64,000 nucleotides of DNA from Candidatus Dadabacteria bacterium. Lineage in GTDB: Bacteria > Desulfobacterota_D > UBA1144 > Nemesobacterales > CSP1-2. Shown here one piece after another: positions 1 to 12,313 of this stretch. The position numbers and the translations under genes are program-made. A model generated the notes under the pieces. It was not told the DNA's origin. It did not search any database and was given only the letters and a program-made list of their open reading frames with translations. Location of the stretch: assembly GCA_963805855.1 (NCBI GenBank), contig CAWDVW010000005.1, forward strand, positions 256,001 to 320,000. Direction: 5' to 3'. Each line of letters starts with the position of its first letter. Position 1 is the stretch's first letter.

Positions 1-1
1 C

Positions 2-148
2 GTAAAGGATATTTCTTCAACAATCCATGTCTATCCGACACTCGCTCTGGGTACAAGACAAACCGCAGATTTATACCTCCACCAGAAGTTCTTCTCAGCG
101 GGCTGGACTCAAAGGCTCTTAAGACTTGTCGTAAAAGTACTCAACTAG
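2..148 (+). CDS. 3' end of a pyridine nucleotide-disulfide oxidoreductase (mercuric reductase/dihydrolipoamide dehydrogenase family), truncated by the window edge
   Basis: Hand translation from base 2: VKDISSTIHVYPTLALGTRQTADLY...VLN*. IHxYPTL is the C-terminal dimerisation motif of this family. Confidence 0.7.
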   Translation, partial: VKDISSTIHVYPTLALGTRQTADLYLHQKFFSAGWTQRLLRLVVKVLN

Positions 149-384
149 GAAACTATTCCCCGAGGGCTAATAGTTGAACTTTCTAAGAACATAGATCCTC
201 ATTTGTATCAAGCCCGGAAGCGACTCATAAGTAGGATTCATCCCTGGCGAAAATAATGGGTACCAATCCAAAAAAACATGGATACCCGATCAATGAATTC
301 GGGCATCAGGAATTCTTGTCACGCGCAAATACAACTACGTTATAATAAATCCTTTTAAAAATTTCTCTCGTCTAAATAACTCAA

Positions 385-1212
385 ATGATCAATGCACTTC
401 GCCAACATTGGCCTGAATATTTGATGGAAGCGGCGGGACTCGGAATATTCATGATTTCAGCCTGCGTGTTTACAATCCTATTGGAGCATCCGGGGTCTCC
501 TGTGCGAATGGCTATAAACGATCCTTTTGTCAGGAGGTTCCTGATCGGAGTAGCCATGGGTCTTACCGCGATTGCCATTATCTATTCGCCATGGGGTAAG
601 CAATCAGGTGCACACATAAATCCATCGGTAACACTAACCTTCCTGCGTTTAGGTAAAGTGAAGTCATGGGATGCCGTGTTTTACATCATTGCGCAGTTTA
701 CTGGAGCACTCATTGGAGTTACCTTGGTCGTGGCTCTTGTCCGACACCTCATCACCCATCCTTCGGTCAATTTCGTTGATACCCTTCCAGGTTCCAGAGG
801 AACAATCGTTGCCTTCATTGCCGAATTGGCAATCTCATTTATTCTCATGATGGTCATTCTGATCGTTTCCAACACAAACAAAATAGCTCGGTACACCGGT
901 ATCTTCGCCGGAATACTGGTCGCTACCTATATCACCCTTGAGGCGCCTCTCTCCGGCATGAGCATGAACCCAGCCCGCACATTTGGATCTGCTATACCAG
1001 CCCATCATCTGATGTACCTGTGGGTCTATTTCACGGCTCCGGTCCTGGGAATGCTTTTGGCGTCGGAAGTTTACATCAGAGTGATGGGACTGAGCAGCAT
1101 TTCGTGCGCAAAGCTTCACCACCAAAATGATAAACGCTGCATCCACTGCGGCTATCCCGGCGCAATAAAATCCGCAGAATTCAATGCAACAATACATAAG
1201 GCGTATGTATGA
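385..1212 (+). CDS. MIP family channel (aquaporin-like) with Cys/His-rich C-terminal tail
   Basis: SGAHINPSVT and MSMNPART loop motifs, six hydrophobic helices, tail CAKLHH..RCIHCG. Confidence 0.92.
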   Translation: MINALRQHWPEYLMEAAGLGIFMISACVFTILLEHPGSPVRMAINDPFVRRFLIGVAMGLTAIAIIYSPWGKQSGAHINPSVTLTFLRLGKVKSWDAVFYIIAQFTGALIGVTLVVALVRHLITHPSVNFVDTLPGSRGTIVAFIAELAISFILMMVILIVSNTNKIARYTGIFAGILVATYITLEAPLSGMSMNPARTFGSAIPAHHLMYLWVYFTAPVLGMLLASEVYIRVMGLSSISCAKLHHQNDKRCIHCGYPGAIKSAEFNATIHKAYV

Positions 1213-1500
1213 ATGTTATTGAACAATCAGGTCTGCTGCGAGGTAATAACCCCGTCCGAACTGAACTCACTCGAAGAATGTCATGCCTTATGCATCTTCA
1301 TACTTCGACAAGCTCATCATGTGCGGGTAATTTTTAATGATGCTGAATTGGATAGTGCTTATTATGGAAAAGGCAAAAATTAATAAGCAAATCGGCAAAT
1401 TAAAATTTCAGAAGGGTATTGAGAGTTTCTAAAATCGTAACGAACTTCAGATCCAAAGTATCCTTATTTACGTAAATTTTAGGTTGGGAGGCTGAAAGTC

Positions 1501-2610
1501 ATGATAAAAGTATTTGTAATCGCGATCCTTGCAGTAATTCTATTGTTCGTATACGCAAAATTTAATAAAAGTGACCATAATCCATCTATCCGGGCAGAGG
1601 ATTTGCAAGACCAAAATCTGGAAAAAGCGACCTTTGCAGGTGGCTGCTTCTGGTGTATGGAACCACCCTTCGAAAAACTGGAAGGCGTTTCGGCAGTAAT
1701 ATCTGGTTATACCGGGGGACAAAAAAAGAATCCTACCTATGAAGAGGTTTCTTCTGGTGGAACCGGGCACTTAGAATCTGTCGAGGTCCTCTACGATCCG
1801 TCAAAGATAACATATTCTGAACTACTAGACGTGTTCTGGAAGCAGATAGATCCGACCGACCCCAACGGTCAATTCGTTGATAGAGGCTCTCAGTACCGAT
1901 CGGCGATCTTCTATCATAACGACGAGCAAAAACGTCTGGCTGAAAAATCAAAGGAAGCGCTGGACAAATCTGGAAAATACGACAAACCCATTGTCACAGA
2001 GATTGTTAAAGCCTCTGAATTTTACAGGGCGGAGGATTATCACCAGGATTTCTATAAAAAGAATCCCGTAAGATACAAAAGCTATAGACACTTTTCCGGG
2101 CGCGACAAGTACATCAAGAAGATATGGGGTGATGAAATGAAAACAAAAACTTCAGAGAACAAAAACCAAACCTACAACAAACCGAGCCAAGAAGAACTCA
2201 AGAAAAAATTGACCCCAATTCAGTATGAAGTTACTCAGAATAACGGTACCGAGAGGCCGTTCAGCAACGAGTACTGGGATAATCACAGAGAAGGAATTTA
2301 CGTAGACATTGTTTCAGGCGAACCACTTTTCAGTTCGCTGGACAAGTTTGAATCCGGCACCGGATGGCCCAGCTTTACCAAGCCACTCGAGAAAGAGAAT
2401 ATTGTCGAAGGGCAAGACAACAGTTTATTCATGTCCAGGACCGAGCTCCGAAGCAACAACGCAAATTCCCACCTCGGACATGTATTTAATGATGGACCGC
2501 AACCGACAGGACTCCGATATTGTATCAACTCCGCAGCACTCCGCTTTATCCCGAAAGAAGATTTAGCGAAAGAAGGGTACGGAGAATATCAGAAACTTTT
2601 TGAAAAGTAA
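1501..2610 (+). CDS. msrAB: Bifunctional peptide methionine sulfoxide reductase MsrA-MsrB with N-terminal signal/anchor
   Basis: MsrA motif FAGGCFWC. MsrB motifs GTGWPSF, HLGHVF and RYCINS. Confidence 0.96.
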   Translation: MIKVFVIAILAVILLFVYAKFNKSDHNPSIRAEDLQDQNLEKATFAGGCFWCMEPPFEKLEGVSAVISGYTGGQKKNPTYEEVSSGGTGHLESVEVLYDPSKITYSELLDVFWKQIDPTDPNGQFVDRGSQYRSAIFYHNDEQKRLAEKSKEALDKSGKYDKPIVTEIVKASEFYRAEDYHQDFYKKNPVRYKSYRHFSGRDKYIKKIWGDEMKTKTSENKNQTYNKPSQEELKKKLTPIQYEVTQNNGTERPFSNEYWDNHREGIYVDIVSGEPLFSSLDKFESGTGWPSFTKPLEKENIVEGQDNSLFMSRTELRSNNANSHLGHVFNDGPQPTGLRYCINSAALRFIPKEDLAKEGYGEYQKLFEK

Positions 2611-2839
2611 GAATTCAAATTTATGCACGGCCGATTGCGCTCTGTGTGGAATCAGGCTGAATACCATCGGATAGGTTTTACATAACACAAAATCTCCAGA
2701 TTGTTAAATCCTTCTCGAAAATTTAAACGTCTAACATTACCATAGTACAATTGATTGATGATTAATCTAATTTAGTGTTTAATGAAAGATGTGTCGGTCT
2801 TGAAATTGAAATTACAAAAAACTTGGAGGAGCCCAAATT

Positions 2840-3343
2840 ATGAATATACGTAATTTAGTAATTGTCATTGTTTTGATAATGATATTTGTCCTCTGGTATT
2901 TGTTCCGTCCTGAAAGGATTTTCATAAGCAAGACCGTTGACGAGGAGTTTCCCGGAACGACGGCGGTAGAAACGACCCAATCCGAAAACGAACCCAGGCT
3001 CCTTTACAATGGGAGCTTTCACGGTGTCGCACATGAAACAAAAGGAGCTGCCTCGATCTACCAGTTGCCAGATGGCAAGCAGGTACTGCGCTTTACAGAA
3101 TTTGAAACCTCGAATGGTCCAGACGTGCAGGTCTATCTGGTCGCAGCCGAGGATGCCAACGACAATGACACGGTAAAGAACGCCGGATTTATTCATCTTG
3201 CTGCACTCAAAGGGAATGTCGGCGATCAGAACTATGATCTGCCATCTGATATCGATTACAATAAATACAAAGCAGTAACAATCTGGTGTCGTAGGTTTGG
3301 GGTAAACTTCGGCACCGCTCCGTTAAAGCCGAATGCAGGTTAA
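2840..3343 (+). CDS. DM13 domain (electron-transfer) membrane-anchored protein
   Basis: NGPDVQVYL, LKGNVGDQNY and VTIWCRRFGVNFGTA motifs; N-terminal TM helix; GGAGG RBS. Confidence 0.88.
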   Translation: MNIRNLVIVIVLIMIFVLWYLFRPERIFISKTVDEEFPGTTAVETTQSENEPRLLYNGSFHGVAHETKGAASIYQLPDGKQVLRFTEFETSNGPDVQVYLVAAEDANDNDTVKNAGFIHLAALKGNVGDQNYDLPSDIDYNKYKAVTIWCRRFGVNFGTAPLKPNAG

Positions 3344-3354
3344 GGAGCTGGGAA

Positions 3355-4926
3355 ATGAAAGCCGAAAATCAATATGACGTAATTATAATAGGATCCGGAG
3401 CAGGCGGCGGTACTCTGGCACATCATTTGGCTCCTTCGGGAAAGAGGGTATTGCTGCTGGAACGAGGCGACTATGTGCCCAGAGAAAAGGACAACTGGAA
3501 CCCTGTCGCCGTCAACGTGGAGGCAAAATACAATACCAAAGAGGTATGGCGAGATAAGGATGGTAAAGAACTGCACCCCCATACAAACTACTTTGTAGGC
3601 GGTAATACGAAGTTCTACGGCGCTGCGCTATTCCGCCTGCGCAAGGAAGATTTCGGTGAGATCGCCCACCACGGAGGTATTTCTCCGGCCTGGCCTCTTA
3701 GCTACGATGACCTTGAGCCCTATTATACTAAAGCCGAACAGATCTATCATGTACACGGCAAGCGCGGTGAAGATCCGACTGAACCCCATTCTGAAACACC
3801 ATACCCACATCCGCCCGTAAGCCATGAGCCGCGCATAAAGCAGCTTAGTGATGACTTTTCGAGTCATGGCCTCAATCCATTTCATACGCCCCTTGGGGTC
3901 ATGCTGGATGAACAGAACCCCCAGACCAGCCGCTGCATTCGCTGCAATACCTGTGATGGGTTTCCGTGCCTTGTGTATGCGAAGTCCGATGCCCATGTGT
4001 GCTGTGTGGAACCCGCCCTTCAGAATTCTAATGTAACATTGCTGAGAAATTCCTTTGTCACGAAGCTGGAGACCGGTCCCACGGGACGAGATATCTCCAG
4101 GGTTCATGTTAAACGGAACGGCTCAACAGAAAGTTACTCGGGGAATATCGTGGTGGTGTCATGCGGAGCGATAAACTCTGCAGCATTGCTGCTGCGCTCC
4201 GCAAACGACAAGCATCCGAACGGCCTGGCGAACGGCTCCGATGTCGTCGGAAGGCACTATATGGGTCACGTAAATTCGGTGCTGATGGCGATCTCAAAAT
4301 GTCCCAATCCAACCGTGTTCCAGAAGACCCTCTCGGTAAACGACTTCTATTTCGGCTCAAAGGAATGGGAATACCCAATGGGCCACATCTCTTTTGTCGG
4401 CAAGCTTGATGCAGAAACACTCAAGGCCGGGGCGCCTGCACTTACTCCGAAATGGACTCTTAAGTACATGGCCGGTCACTCGCTTGATTTCTGGCTCACA
4501 TCAGAAGACCTACCCGATCAAGAAAACCGGGTGACCTTGGATGGTGAAGGAAATATTGTGCTGAAATACAAACCGAACAACGAAGAGGGTCATAAGCGAC
4601 TGATCGCTAAACTTGAAAGTCTGATGAATCAGCAGTCGAAGTGCTCTGTTCATGGGCATGAATGTCATCAGGGTTTATTTGCGCGAAACCTGTTTATCGG
4701 TCAGCGTATTCCGCTCGCCGGTGTTGCCCATCAGAACGGTACTATTCGGTTTGGAAATGATCCAAAAACGTCAGCTCTCGATATTAACTGTAAGGCACAC
4801 GAAGTTGATAACCTATACGTAGTTGATGCCAGCTTTTTTCCCTCGTGCGGCGCGGTGAATCCCGGCCTGACAATCATGGCAAATGCTCTGAGAGTGGGCG
4901 ATCACATTCTTGAGCGACTGGGGTAA
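3355..4926 (+). CDS. GMC family FAD oxidoreductase
   Basis: GSGAGGG FAD motif, VGGNTKFYG, CIRCNTCDGFPC Cys cluster, C-terminal HQNGT and AVNPGLTIMANALR. Confidence 0.93.
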   Translation: MKAENQYDVIIIGSGAGGGTLAHHLAPSGKRVLLLERGDYVPREKDNWNPVAVNVEAKYNTKEVWRDKDGKELHPHTNYFVGGNTKFYGAALFRLRKEDFGEIAHHGGISPAWPLSYDDLEPYYTKAEQIYHVHGKRGEDPTEPHSETPYPHPPVSHEPRIKQLSDDFSSHGLNPFHTPLGVMLDEQNPQTSRCIRCNTCDGFPCLVYAKSDAHVCCVEPALQNSNVTLLRNSFVTKLETGPTGRDISRVHVKRNGSTESYSGNIVVVSCGAINSAALLLRSANDKHPNGLANGSDVVGRHYMGHVNSVLMAISKCPNPTVFQKTLSVNDFYFGSKEWEYPMGHISFVGKLDAETLKAGAPALTPKWTLKYMAGHSLDFWLTSEDLPDQENRVTLDGEGNIVLKYKPNNEEGHKRLIAKLESLMNQQSKCSVHGHECHQGLFARNLFIGQRIPLAGVAHQNGTIRFGNDPKTSALDINCKAHEVDNLYVVDASFFPSCGAVNPGLTIMANALRVGDHILERLG

Positions 4927-5098
4927 AGAGAAATGGCGCTTCACCCTGCGACCCTTCAACCCTTCGACTGGGCTCAGGGCTCAGCGTGAGCGGACAAAAG
5001 TCACTTAGATTATTGGCGGTTTACGGTTCATGCTTAGCTAGTCGAAGCACGGAAGCTTTTTTGGTGTCCTGCAAGATACAATGCATTTGCATATACGA

Positions 5099-6206
5099 AA
5101 TGACGAAGCTCACACTAATTGAAATGACAACTCCAGTTTCAGCTAGATCCAAGATTTCTTTTTTATCGTTTCGTTTCATTCCTCTCACCGTACTGCTCGT
5201 TCTTTCGTATTCAATCGCTCTTAGCCCTTGCTCTCCCGCCGCTTGGTCACAGCAGCCATCCAGCAAAACACGGGTAAAAGCCGTTGATACCATCGGTATG
5301 ACCGTCTCGGATATGGATCGTTCCATAGATTTCTATACCAGTGTTCTTACTTTCGAAAAGGTTTCGGATGTCGAGGTCTGGGGACCCGAGTACGAGCACC
5401 TTCAGGGGATCTTTGGCATACGTATGCGTGTCGCGCGTTTGAAGATTGGTGATCAGTTCATCGAGTTAACCGAATATCTAACTCCTAAGGGTAGGCCTGT
5501 ACCAATCGATTCTCGAAGCAATGATAAATGGTTTCAGCACATAGCAATCGTTGTAGATGACATGGATAAAGCATATGAGCATCTTCGTAAGTACAAGGTT
5601 CAGCACGCTTCTACTGCCCCTCAGACACTTCCAGACTGGAACAAGGCCGCCGCCGGAATAAAAGCCTTTTATTTTAAGGATCCCGACGGGCATAATCTAG
5701 AGATCATATACTTCCCTCCCGGAAAAGGTGATTCAAAATGGCAAGTTCCCACCGACAAATTATTTTTGGGGATAGATCATACGGCGATTGTCGTAGGCGA
5801 TACAGATCAAAGCCTGAAGTTTTACCGAGACTTAATGGGGATGGACGTCAAGGGCGGAAGTGAAAATTATGGAACAGAGCAGGAGCACCTGAATAACGTA
5901 TTCGGAGCACACTTGGAGATAACTGGTCTTCGGACTCCAATGGGGCCGGGAATTGAATGTCTGGAATACATCTCACCCGACGACGGCCGCCGAATTCCTG
6001 TTAATGAGCGCGCAAACGACATAATGCACTGGCAGACAACCCTCGTAGTAGATGACGTAGAGGATGCAGCAAAGCAAATCAGAGCGGGAGATTACAAATT
6101 TATCTCATCCGGGGTCGTGGAACTTCCGGATAATAAACTTGGTTTTAGAAGAGGATTCCTAGTTCGTGACCCGGACGGTCACGTTATGAGATTAGTGGAA
6201 AAATAA
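5099..6206 (+). CDS. VOC/glyoxalase-like protein with two VOC domains, probably exported (start uncertain; ORF open from 4986)
   Basis: Repeated HIAIVV/HTAIVV and [15 protein letters not shown] motifs; hydrophobic signal-like segment. The 4986 start lies inside a REP-like repeat. Confidence 0.82.
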
Positions 6207-6238
6207 TTGAGCGACACATAATTCGCAGGAGGTTAAGT

Positions 6239-7345
6239 ATGAAGGCAATAGCCGTTATACCAGGGAGACCAAATTCAATTCATTTGCGAGAGGTGCCGAA
6301 ACCAAAACTAACCGATATTCCAAATGGACGCGGAGTATTGGTCAAGCTACTCCGCGTCGGTGTAGATGGGACTGATAAAGAAATCAATGCCGCAGAATAT
6401 GGCGCTGCACCGCCGGGGGATGATTACCTCATAACCGGGCATGAATCCTTTGGAATCGTAGAAGAGGTCGGGCCGAATGTCAGCGAGTTACAACCGGGCG
6501 ATTATGTTGTAGCCACGGTGAGACGTCCGGGGAATTCTCCCTACGACAAGATCGGGATGTATGACATGACAACCGATGACGTGTACTTTGAGCGTGGCAT
6601 AAATCTTCGTCACGGGTATCTGACAGAATATTATGTTGATGATCCGGAATACATAGTAAAGGTACCACAGGGGCTCAGGGAGGTCGGGGTCGTTCTTGAA
6701 CCTACAAGCGTGATAGAAAAGGGCATAGTCCAGGCTTATGAGATCCAGCGCAGGCTTAGAATTTGGAACCCAAGGCGAGCCGCAGTGCTTGGAGCGGGAA
6801 CAATCGGGATACTCGCAACCATGGCCCTCCGTCTGAGGGGCTTAGAAGTCTGCACATTCGGAAGGACCAAGCCACCGTACTTAAATTCAGATCTATTGGG
6901 GGAAATAGGAGCCTGCTATCATAGCACGGATGACACTACTCTCACCGATTCTGCCAAAGAGCATGGTCCATATAATCTCATTTTTGAAGCGACAGGATTT
7001 TCGCCAATTGTCTTTGAAGCAATGAACGTACTGGGGAAAAACGGTGTCCTTGTGCTTTCAAGTGTGACCGGCGGAGGAAGAACAATAGAGGTTCCTGCGG
7101 ATATGATTAATCTGGGATTCGTACTCGGAAACAAGGTTGTGGTAGGCACGGTGAACGCAAACAGGGAGTATTTTGAGATAGGGGTCAAGGATCTTTCACA
7201 GGCAGACCTCGAATGGCCCGGCTGGCTCTCAAAGCTTCTGACCCATCCCGTCAAAGGGCTTGAAAATTACGAGGAATTGATAAATACACTCACAAACGCA
7301 AAGGGGGCAATTAAGGTTTTTTGCGAAGTGGCACCATTGACGTGA
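6239..7345 (+). CDS. Glucose 1-dehydrogenase (MDR/zinc-dependent ADH superfamily, archaeal-type)
   Basis: [25 protein letters not shown] and GTVNA motifs; AGGAGG RBS. Confidence 0.88.
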   Translation: MKAIAVIPGRPNSIHLREVPKPKLTDIPNGRGVLVKLLRVGVDGTDKEINAAEYGAAPPGDDYLITGHESFGIVEEVGPNVSELQPGDYVVATVRRPGNSPYDKIGMYDMTTDDVYFERGINLRHGYLTEYYVDDPEYIVKVPQGLREVGVVLEPTSVIEKGIVQAYEIQRRLRIWNPRRAAVLGAGTIGILATMALRLRGLEVCTFGRTKPPYLNSDLLGEIGACYHSTDDTTLTDSAKEHGPYNLIFEATGFSPIVFEAMNVLGKNGVLVLSSVTGGGRTIEVPADMINLGFVLGNKVVVGTVNANREYFEIGVKDLSQADLEWPGWLSKLLTHPVKGLENYEELINTLTNAKGAIKVFCEVAPLT

Positions 7346-7448
7346 ATTGATACAAGATACATGATGCAAGATGCAAGATATGAGATACATCTTTTGTCAT
7401 GCATACTGAATCGCGCATCATGCATCAGTTGATTATTGGAGGAAAACC

Positions 7449-10145
7449 ATGACTAACGAAGAAAAAAGGCTTGAGGAAGACCTTAACAGAAAAGCCTATT
7501 GGAAGCGTTGGGGACCATATTTGAGTGAACGACAGTGGGGGACAGTAAGAGAGGATTATAGTCCCCATGGAGCAGCGTGGGACTATCTTACACACGACCA
7601 AGCACGATTTCGGACATACAGGTGGGGAGAAGACGGTATTGCCGGTATTTCAGACAACCACCAGCGGCTTTGCTTTGCAATTGCACTTTGGAATGGAAAT
7701 GACCCGATTATAAAGGAAAGACTTTTCGGCTTAACCGGAAGTGAAGGCAATCACGGCGAAGACGTAAAGGAATACTATTTTTATTTAGATAGCACTCCAA
7801 CCCATTCATATATGAAGTATCTCTACAAGTATCCGCAAGACGCCTTTCCATACTCCCAGCTCGTGGAAGAGAATAGGCGAAGGAGCCGGCGGGATTTTGA
7901 ATTTGAACTCATGGACACCGGTGTATTTCGCGACGACCGCTATTTCGATGTATTCGTGGAATACGCCAAGGATGAGCCAGATGACATACTCATTAAAATT
8001 GCCGTCGCCAACCGGGGACATGAAGAGGCCATTTTACACCTATTACCAACCATATGGTTTCGCAATACATGGACCTGGAATGGTGACGTTGATAAACCCT
8101 ATCTAAAGGAATTAAAGAAAAAGGGGGGCAAGGCCTTAGTGGAAGTTTCTCACCCCGGCCTTGGAAAAATGTGGCTGCACTGCGACAATCCGGATGAAAT
8201 TCTCTTCACAGAAAATGAAACCAACCATGAAAGACTATACGGGATTAATCACGGAAACCTCTACTGTAAAAGCGGTATTGATGAATACATTGTGCACAAC
8301 AAAAAAGAGGCAGTGAATCCAGACAAGATAGGGACAAAAGCGTCGCCCCATTATATGCTACGCATTGGGTCAGGAGAGAGACGTACCATACGGCTACGTC
8401 TTAGCAATAAAAAGGATTTGCCTGACCCACTCGGAGATCAGTTCGAATTAATTTTCAATGATCGTTTGAAGGAGGCGGACGAATTTTACAGCAGCCTTTC
8501 ACCCTTCCCGTTAAACGAAGAATTGAGGAGTGTCCAGCGACAGGCTTTCGCGGGCATGCTCTGGAGTAAGCAGTTCTACCACTACGTAGTAGAAGATTGG
8601 CTAAAAGGGGACCCCTCTACCCCAAGACCTCCTACGGAGCGCAACAGTGGCAGGAATCGCGATTGGATTCATCTCTATAACGACGACATCCTTTCGATGC
8701 CCGATAAATGGGAATACCCGTGGTTCGCTGCATGGGACCTGGCATTTCACACAATTCCTCTCGCAATGATCGATCCGGAATTTGCAAAACGTCAACTGAT
8801 ACTTCTTACGCGGGAATGGTATATGCATCCCAACGGTCAACTTCCTGCATATGAATGGGCTTTTGGCGATGTTAACCCGCCCGTTCATGCCTGGGCAGCG
8901 CTCCGTGTATATAAAATAGAGAAAAAGATGTACGGCCGCGACGACAGACTATTCTTAGAAAGGGTTTTTCAGAAGCTACTTCTCAATTTTACATGGTGGG
9001 TGAACAGAAAGGACTCAGAAGGCAAAAACGTATTTGAGGGAGGGTTTCTGGGATTAGATAACATCGGCGTTTTTGATAGGAGCGCAAAACTTCCAACAGG
9101 TGGAAAGATTGAGCAGGCAGACGGAACGAGCTGGATGGGAATGTATTGTTTGAATATGCTGGCTATAGCCCTAGAATTGGCCAAATATAATCCGAGCTAT
9201 GAAGACATCGCCAGCAAGTTTTTCGAGCATTTTCTATACATAGCAGACGCAATGAATTTGCTTGGGGAAGGCAGAGGGCTCTGGGACGAAGAAGATGGCT
9301 TCTACTACGACGTCCTGAATTTGCCAGATGGCCGCCACCTTCCTATGAAAGTCCGTTCAATGGTGGGGCTTATCCCACTGTTCGCCGTTCAGACAATGGA
9401 AGCCGATACCCTCAATATGCTTCGAGGTTTTAAAGGACGGCTTGAATGGTTTATAGATAATCGCGAGGAACTTAAGAAAAATGTCGCCTGCATGAGAACA
9501 CCCGGCGCTGGCGAAAGGAGACTTCTCTCGATTGTGAACCAGGAGAAGCTTAGGCGCATACTCCAGAAGATGCTTGATGAAAATGAATTCCTCGGGCCGT
9601 ATGGAATACGCGCCATTTCCAGGTTTCATGAGTCAAATCCATATGTGTTCCACGTTAATGGTCAAGAATACAGGGTCGATTATGAACCGGCCGAATCCTC
9701 GAGCGGTCTCTTCGGCGGCAATTCCAATTGGCGGGGACCTGTCTGGTTCCCGGTCAATTTTCTCCTAGTAGAGGCGCTGCAAAAGTTTCATTACTATCTC
9801 GGTGACGGATTCAAGGTTGAGTGTCCCACCGGTTCAGGTAAAGAAATGACTCTTTGGGAGGTTGCATCCGAATTATCTCACAGGCTTATGAGCATCTTCC
9901 TTAGAGACTCATCGGGTAGGAGACCGGTATACGGTGGAATTGAAAAGTTCCAGAATGATCCTCACTGGCGTGATTTTATACTTTTCCATGAATACTTTCA
10001 TGGAGATAACGGAGCCGGAATCGGTGCTAGTCATCAGACGGGCTGGACGGGAGTCGTGGCAAAGCTTATACAGCAATGTGGAGAATACTGCCTGCAAGAT
10101 AAGGCACCTGAACAGATAAAAATTCAGGAAGAGAAAATAACGTAG
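7449..10145 (+). CDS. MGH1-like glycoside hydrolase (GH63 family glucosidase)
   Basis: [45 protein letters not shown] and GASHQTGWT motifs. Confidence 0.9.
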   Translation: MTNEEKRLEEDLNRKAYWKRWGPYLSERQWGTVREDYSPHGAAWDYLTHDQARFRTYRWGEDGIAGISDNHQRLCFAIALWNGNDPIIKERLFGLTGSEGNHGEDVKEYYFYLDSTPTHSYMKYLYKYPQDAFPYSQLVEENRRRSRRDFEFELMDTGVFRDDRYFDVFVEYAKDEPDDILIKIAVANRGHEEAILHLLPTIWFRNTWTWNGDVDKPYLKELKKKGGKALVEVSHPGLGKMWLHCDNPDEILFTENETNHERLYGINHGNLYCKSGIDEYIVHNKKEAVNPDKIGTKASPHYMLRIGSGERRTIRLRLSNKKDLPDPLGDQFELIFNDRLKEADEFYSSLSPFPLNEELRSVQRQAFAGMLWSKQFYHYVVEDWLKGDPSTPRPPTERNSGRNRDWIHLYNDDILSMPDKWEYPWFAAWDLAFHTIPLAMIDPEFAKRQLILLTREWYMHPNGQLPAYEWAFGDVNPPVHAWAALRVYKIEKKMYGRDDRLFLERVFQKLLLNFTWWVNRKDSEGKNVFEGGFLGLDNIGVFDRSAKLPTGGKIEQADGTSWMGMYCLNMLAIALELAKYNPSYEDIASKFFEHFLYIADAMNLLGEGRGLWDEEDGFYYDVLNLPDGRHLPMKVRSMVGLIPLFAVQTMEADTLNMLRGFKGRLEWFIDNREELKKNVACMRTPGAGERRLLSIVNQEKLRRILQKMLDENEFLGPYGIRAISRFHESNPYVFHVNGQEYRVDYEPAESSSGLFGGNSNWRGPVWFPVNFLLVEALQKFHYYLGDGFKVECPTGSGKEMTLWEVASELSHRLMSIFLRDSSGRRPVYGGIEKFQNDPHWRDFILFHEYFHGDNGAGIGASHQTGWTGVVAKLIQQCGEYCLQDKAPEQIKIQEEKIT

Positions 10146-10312
10146 AAGAAGATGACGTCGACGGGTCGAGAGATCTGATGACAGTTTAAAATATGATTAA
10201 ATCTGCAGGGAACGCATGCCTGTCCTGAAGCCTGGCCGAAGGATATGCGTTCCCTACTCAGATGAATTTTAAACAATAATTAGCACACAAGTACCCGGAG
10301 GTTCATTTAATA

Positions 10313-12313
10313 ATGTTTGTCAAATTCGGGCGCGAAGCTTGCGGTTACCCGGAATCAGCCGAAAACAGGGAATGGTTGTCTGCCAACGGGATTGGTGGTT
10401 ACGCCTCCGGTACCGTCGCAGGGGTTCTTACTCGACGCTATCACGGTTTGCTAGTAGCCGCTCTCAAACCCCCTCTCGGCAGAACCCTTCTGCTTTCCAA
10501 ACTCGACGAGAGCGTAACTTACGACGGATCGGAATACGAGCTATTCACAAACCGCTGGAGCGATGGGACCGTATCGCCCCGAGGCTTTCTCAATATAGAG
10601 AGCTTCGATCTCGACGGCACCATACCGGTTTGGAGATTTGCATGCGCCGATGCCTTAATGGAAAAACGTATATGGATGAAGCAGGGCGCAAACACCACCT
10701 ACATTCGCTACACATTATCCCGCGCAACCGCGCCAGTGACCCTGTCGATTAAGGCACTAGTTAATTATCGTGATTACCACGGCACGACGCACGCTGGTGG
10801 CTGGAACATGAACATTGAAAATGTCACCGAAGGAATCCGAATAGTGGCCTATTCCGAGGCTACGCCCTTTTATATTCTATCAGATAAGGCCGAAGCTCAA
10901 TCCACGCATGACTGGTATTATGGCTTCAATCTATCCCTAGAGCAATACCGCGGTCTCGACCACCTAGAGGATCATCTGCACGCCGCAACATTTAGAGCAA
11001 CCCTTCACCCGGGTGAGTCTATCACGTTCGTGGCAAGTACCGATGAGAATGCAGATTCAAATGGCGAACGTGCGCTGGTATCGCGAATGAGCTATGAAAA
11101 GGAACTCATAGAACAGCTACGCTCAACAATACCGGAAGACATAAATCATATTCCAGCCTGGATAGGTCAACTTGCACTTGCGTCGGATCAGTTTATTGCC
11201 GATAGGCCCTTGCAAGAAGAGCCTGACGGCAAAACCGTAATCGCGGGCTACCACTGGTTTGGCGACTGGGGTAGAGACACAATGATCAGTCTTCCCGGTC
11301 TAACTATTTGTAACGGCAGGCCGGACGTGTGTCGCTCCATTTTGCGAACATTCGCAAAATACGTCGACCGTGGAATGTTACCTAATAGGTTTCCGGATTC
11401 AGGTGAACAACCAGAATACAACACTGTAGACGCAACGCTTTGGTACTTTGAAGCAATTCGAGCATATCATGAAGCTACCGGGGATGATGATTTTATCGTC
11501 GAACTATTTCCAGTTCTAATAGAAATACTTGACTGGCACATTCGCGGAACCCGGTACAACATTCATGTCGACCCGCAGGATGGCTTGCTCTTTTCCGGTG
11601 AAAGGGGTGTCCAATTAACATGGATGGATGCCAAAATCGGCGACTGGGTTGTGACACCTCGGACAGGAAAGACGGTCGAGGTAAATGCACTATGGTACAA
11701 CGCATTGCGAACAATGGTTAAGGTAGCAAAACGGATTAAAAAACCATATAAAGATTATGAATCAGCCGCCAAGCTTACCTTCAAAGGATTCAGTCGGTTT
11801 TGGAATGAAAAAGATCGATTCTGTTATGATGTCATAGATGGACCTGGCGGAACCGATCCAACATTAAGACCAAACCAGATATTTGCCGTTTCACTACCTG
11901 AAAGCCCACTAACTACTCCACAGCAAAAGGCAGTGGTAGATATTTGCGCTCTTCGTCTACTCACGTCACATGGACTTAGGAGCCTTGATAATAGGAATCC
12001 TCAATATAAAGGACATTATGGAGGAGACCAGTTTCATAGGGATAGTGCATACCATCAGGGAACAGTATGGGGATGGTTGTTGGGACCTTTTGTTCTAGCA
12101 CACCTTAAAGTCTATAATGACCCAATTAGAGCTAGAGAATTTCTTGAACCAATGTGTAATCAATTAGTTACACATGGCCTTGGGACACTGAGCGAAATCT
12201 ACGACGGAGATGCACCCTTTTCTCCAAGGGGATGTATCGCCCAGGCTTGGACAGTCGCTGAGGTATTGAGGGCCTGGCTAGCCACAGGGAGCTCATCTCG
12301 AAAAAAGATGTAG
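10313..12313 (+). CDS. Amylo-alpha-1,6-glucosidase / glycogen debranching enzyme
   Basis: EWLSANGIGGYASGT, RRYHGLL, AGYHWFGDWGRDTMI, QLTWMDA, YHQGTVW and GCIAQAW motifs. Confidence 0.92.
   Translation: MFVKFGREACGYPESAENREWLSANGIGGYASGTVAGVLTRRYHGLLVAALKPPLGRTLLLSKLDESVTYDGSEYELFTNRWSDGTVSPRGFLNIESFDLDGTIPVWRFACADALMEKRIWMKQGANTTYIRYTLSRATAPVTLSIKALVNYRDYHGTTHAGGWNMNIENVTEGIRIVAYSEATPFYILSDKAEAQSTHDWYYGFNLSLEQYRGLDHLEDHLHAATFRATLHPGESITFVASTDENADSNGERALVSRMSYEKELIEQLRSTIPEDINHIPAWIGQLALASDQFIADRPLQEEPDGKTVIAGYHWFGDWGRDTMISLPGLTICNGRPDVCRSILRTFAKYVDRGMLPNRFPDSGEQPEYNTVDATLWYFEAIRAYHEATGDDDFIVELFPVLIEILDWHIRGTRYNIHVDPQDGLLFSGERGVQLTWMDAKIGDWVVTPRTGKTVEVNALWYNALRTMVKVAKRIKKPYKDYESAAKLTFKGFSRFWNEKDRFCYDVIDGPGGTDPTLRPNQIFAVSLPESPLTTPQQKAVVDICALRLLTSHGLRSLDNRNPQYKGHYGGDQFHRDSAYHQGTVWGWLLGPFVLAHLKVYNDPIRAREFLEPMCNQLVTHGLGTLSEIYDGDAPFSPRGCIAQAWTVAEVLRAWLATGSSSRKKM

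Noticed and set aside
7348-7428. Short repeats as a CRISPR array
   Set aside because: These are degenerate 7-mers with no constant repeat and unique spacers. No CRISPR array or cas gene was found in the window.
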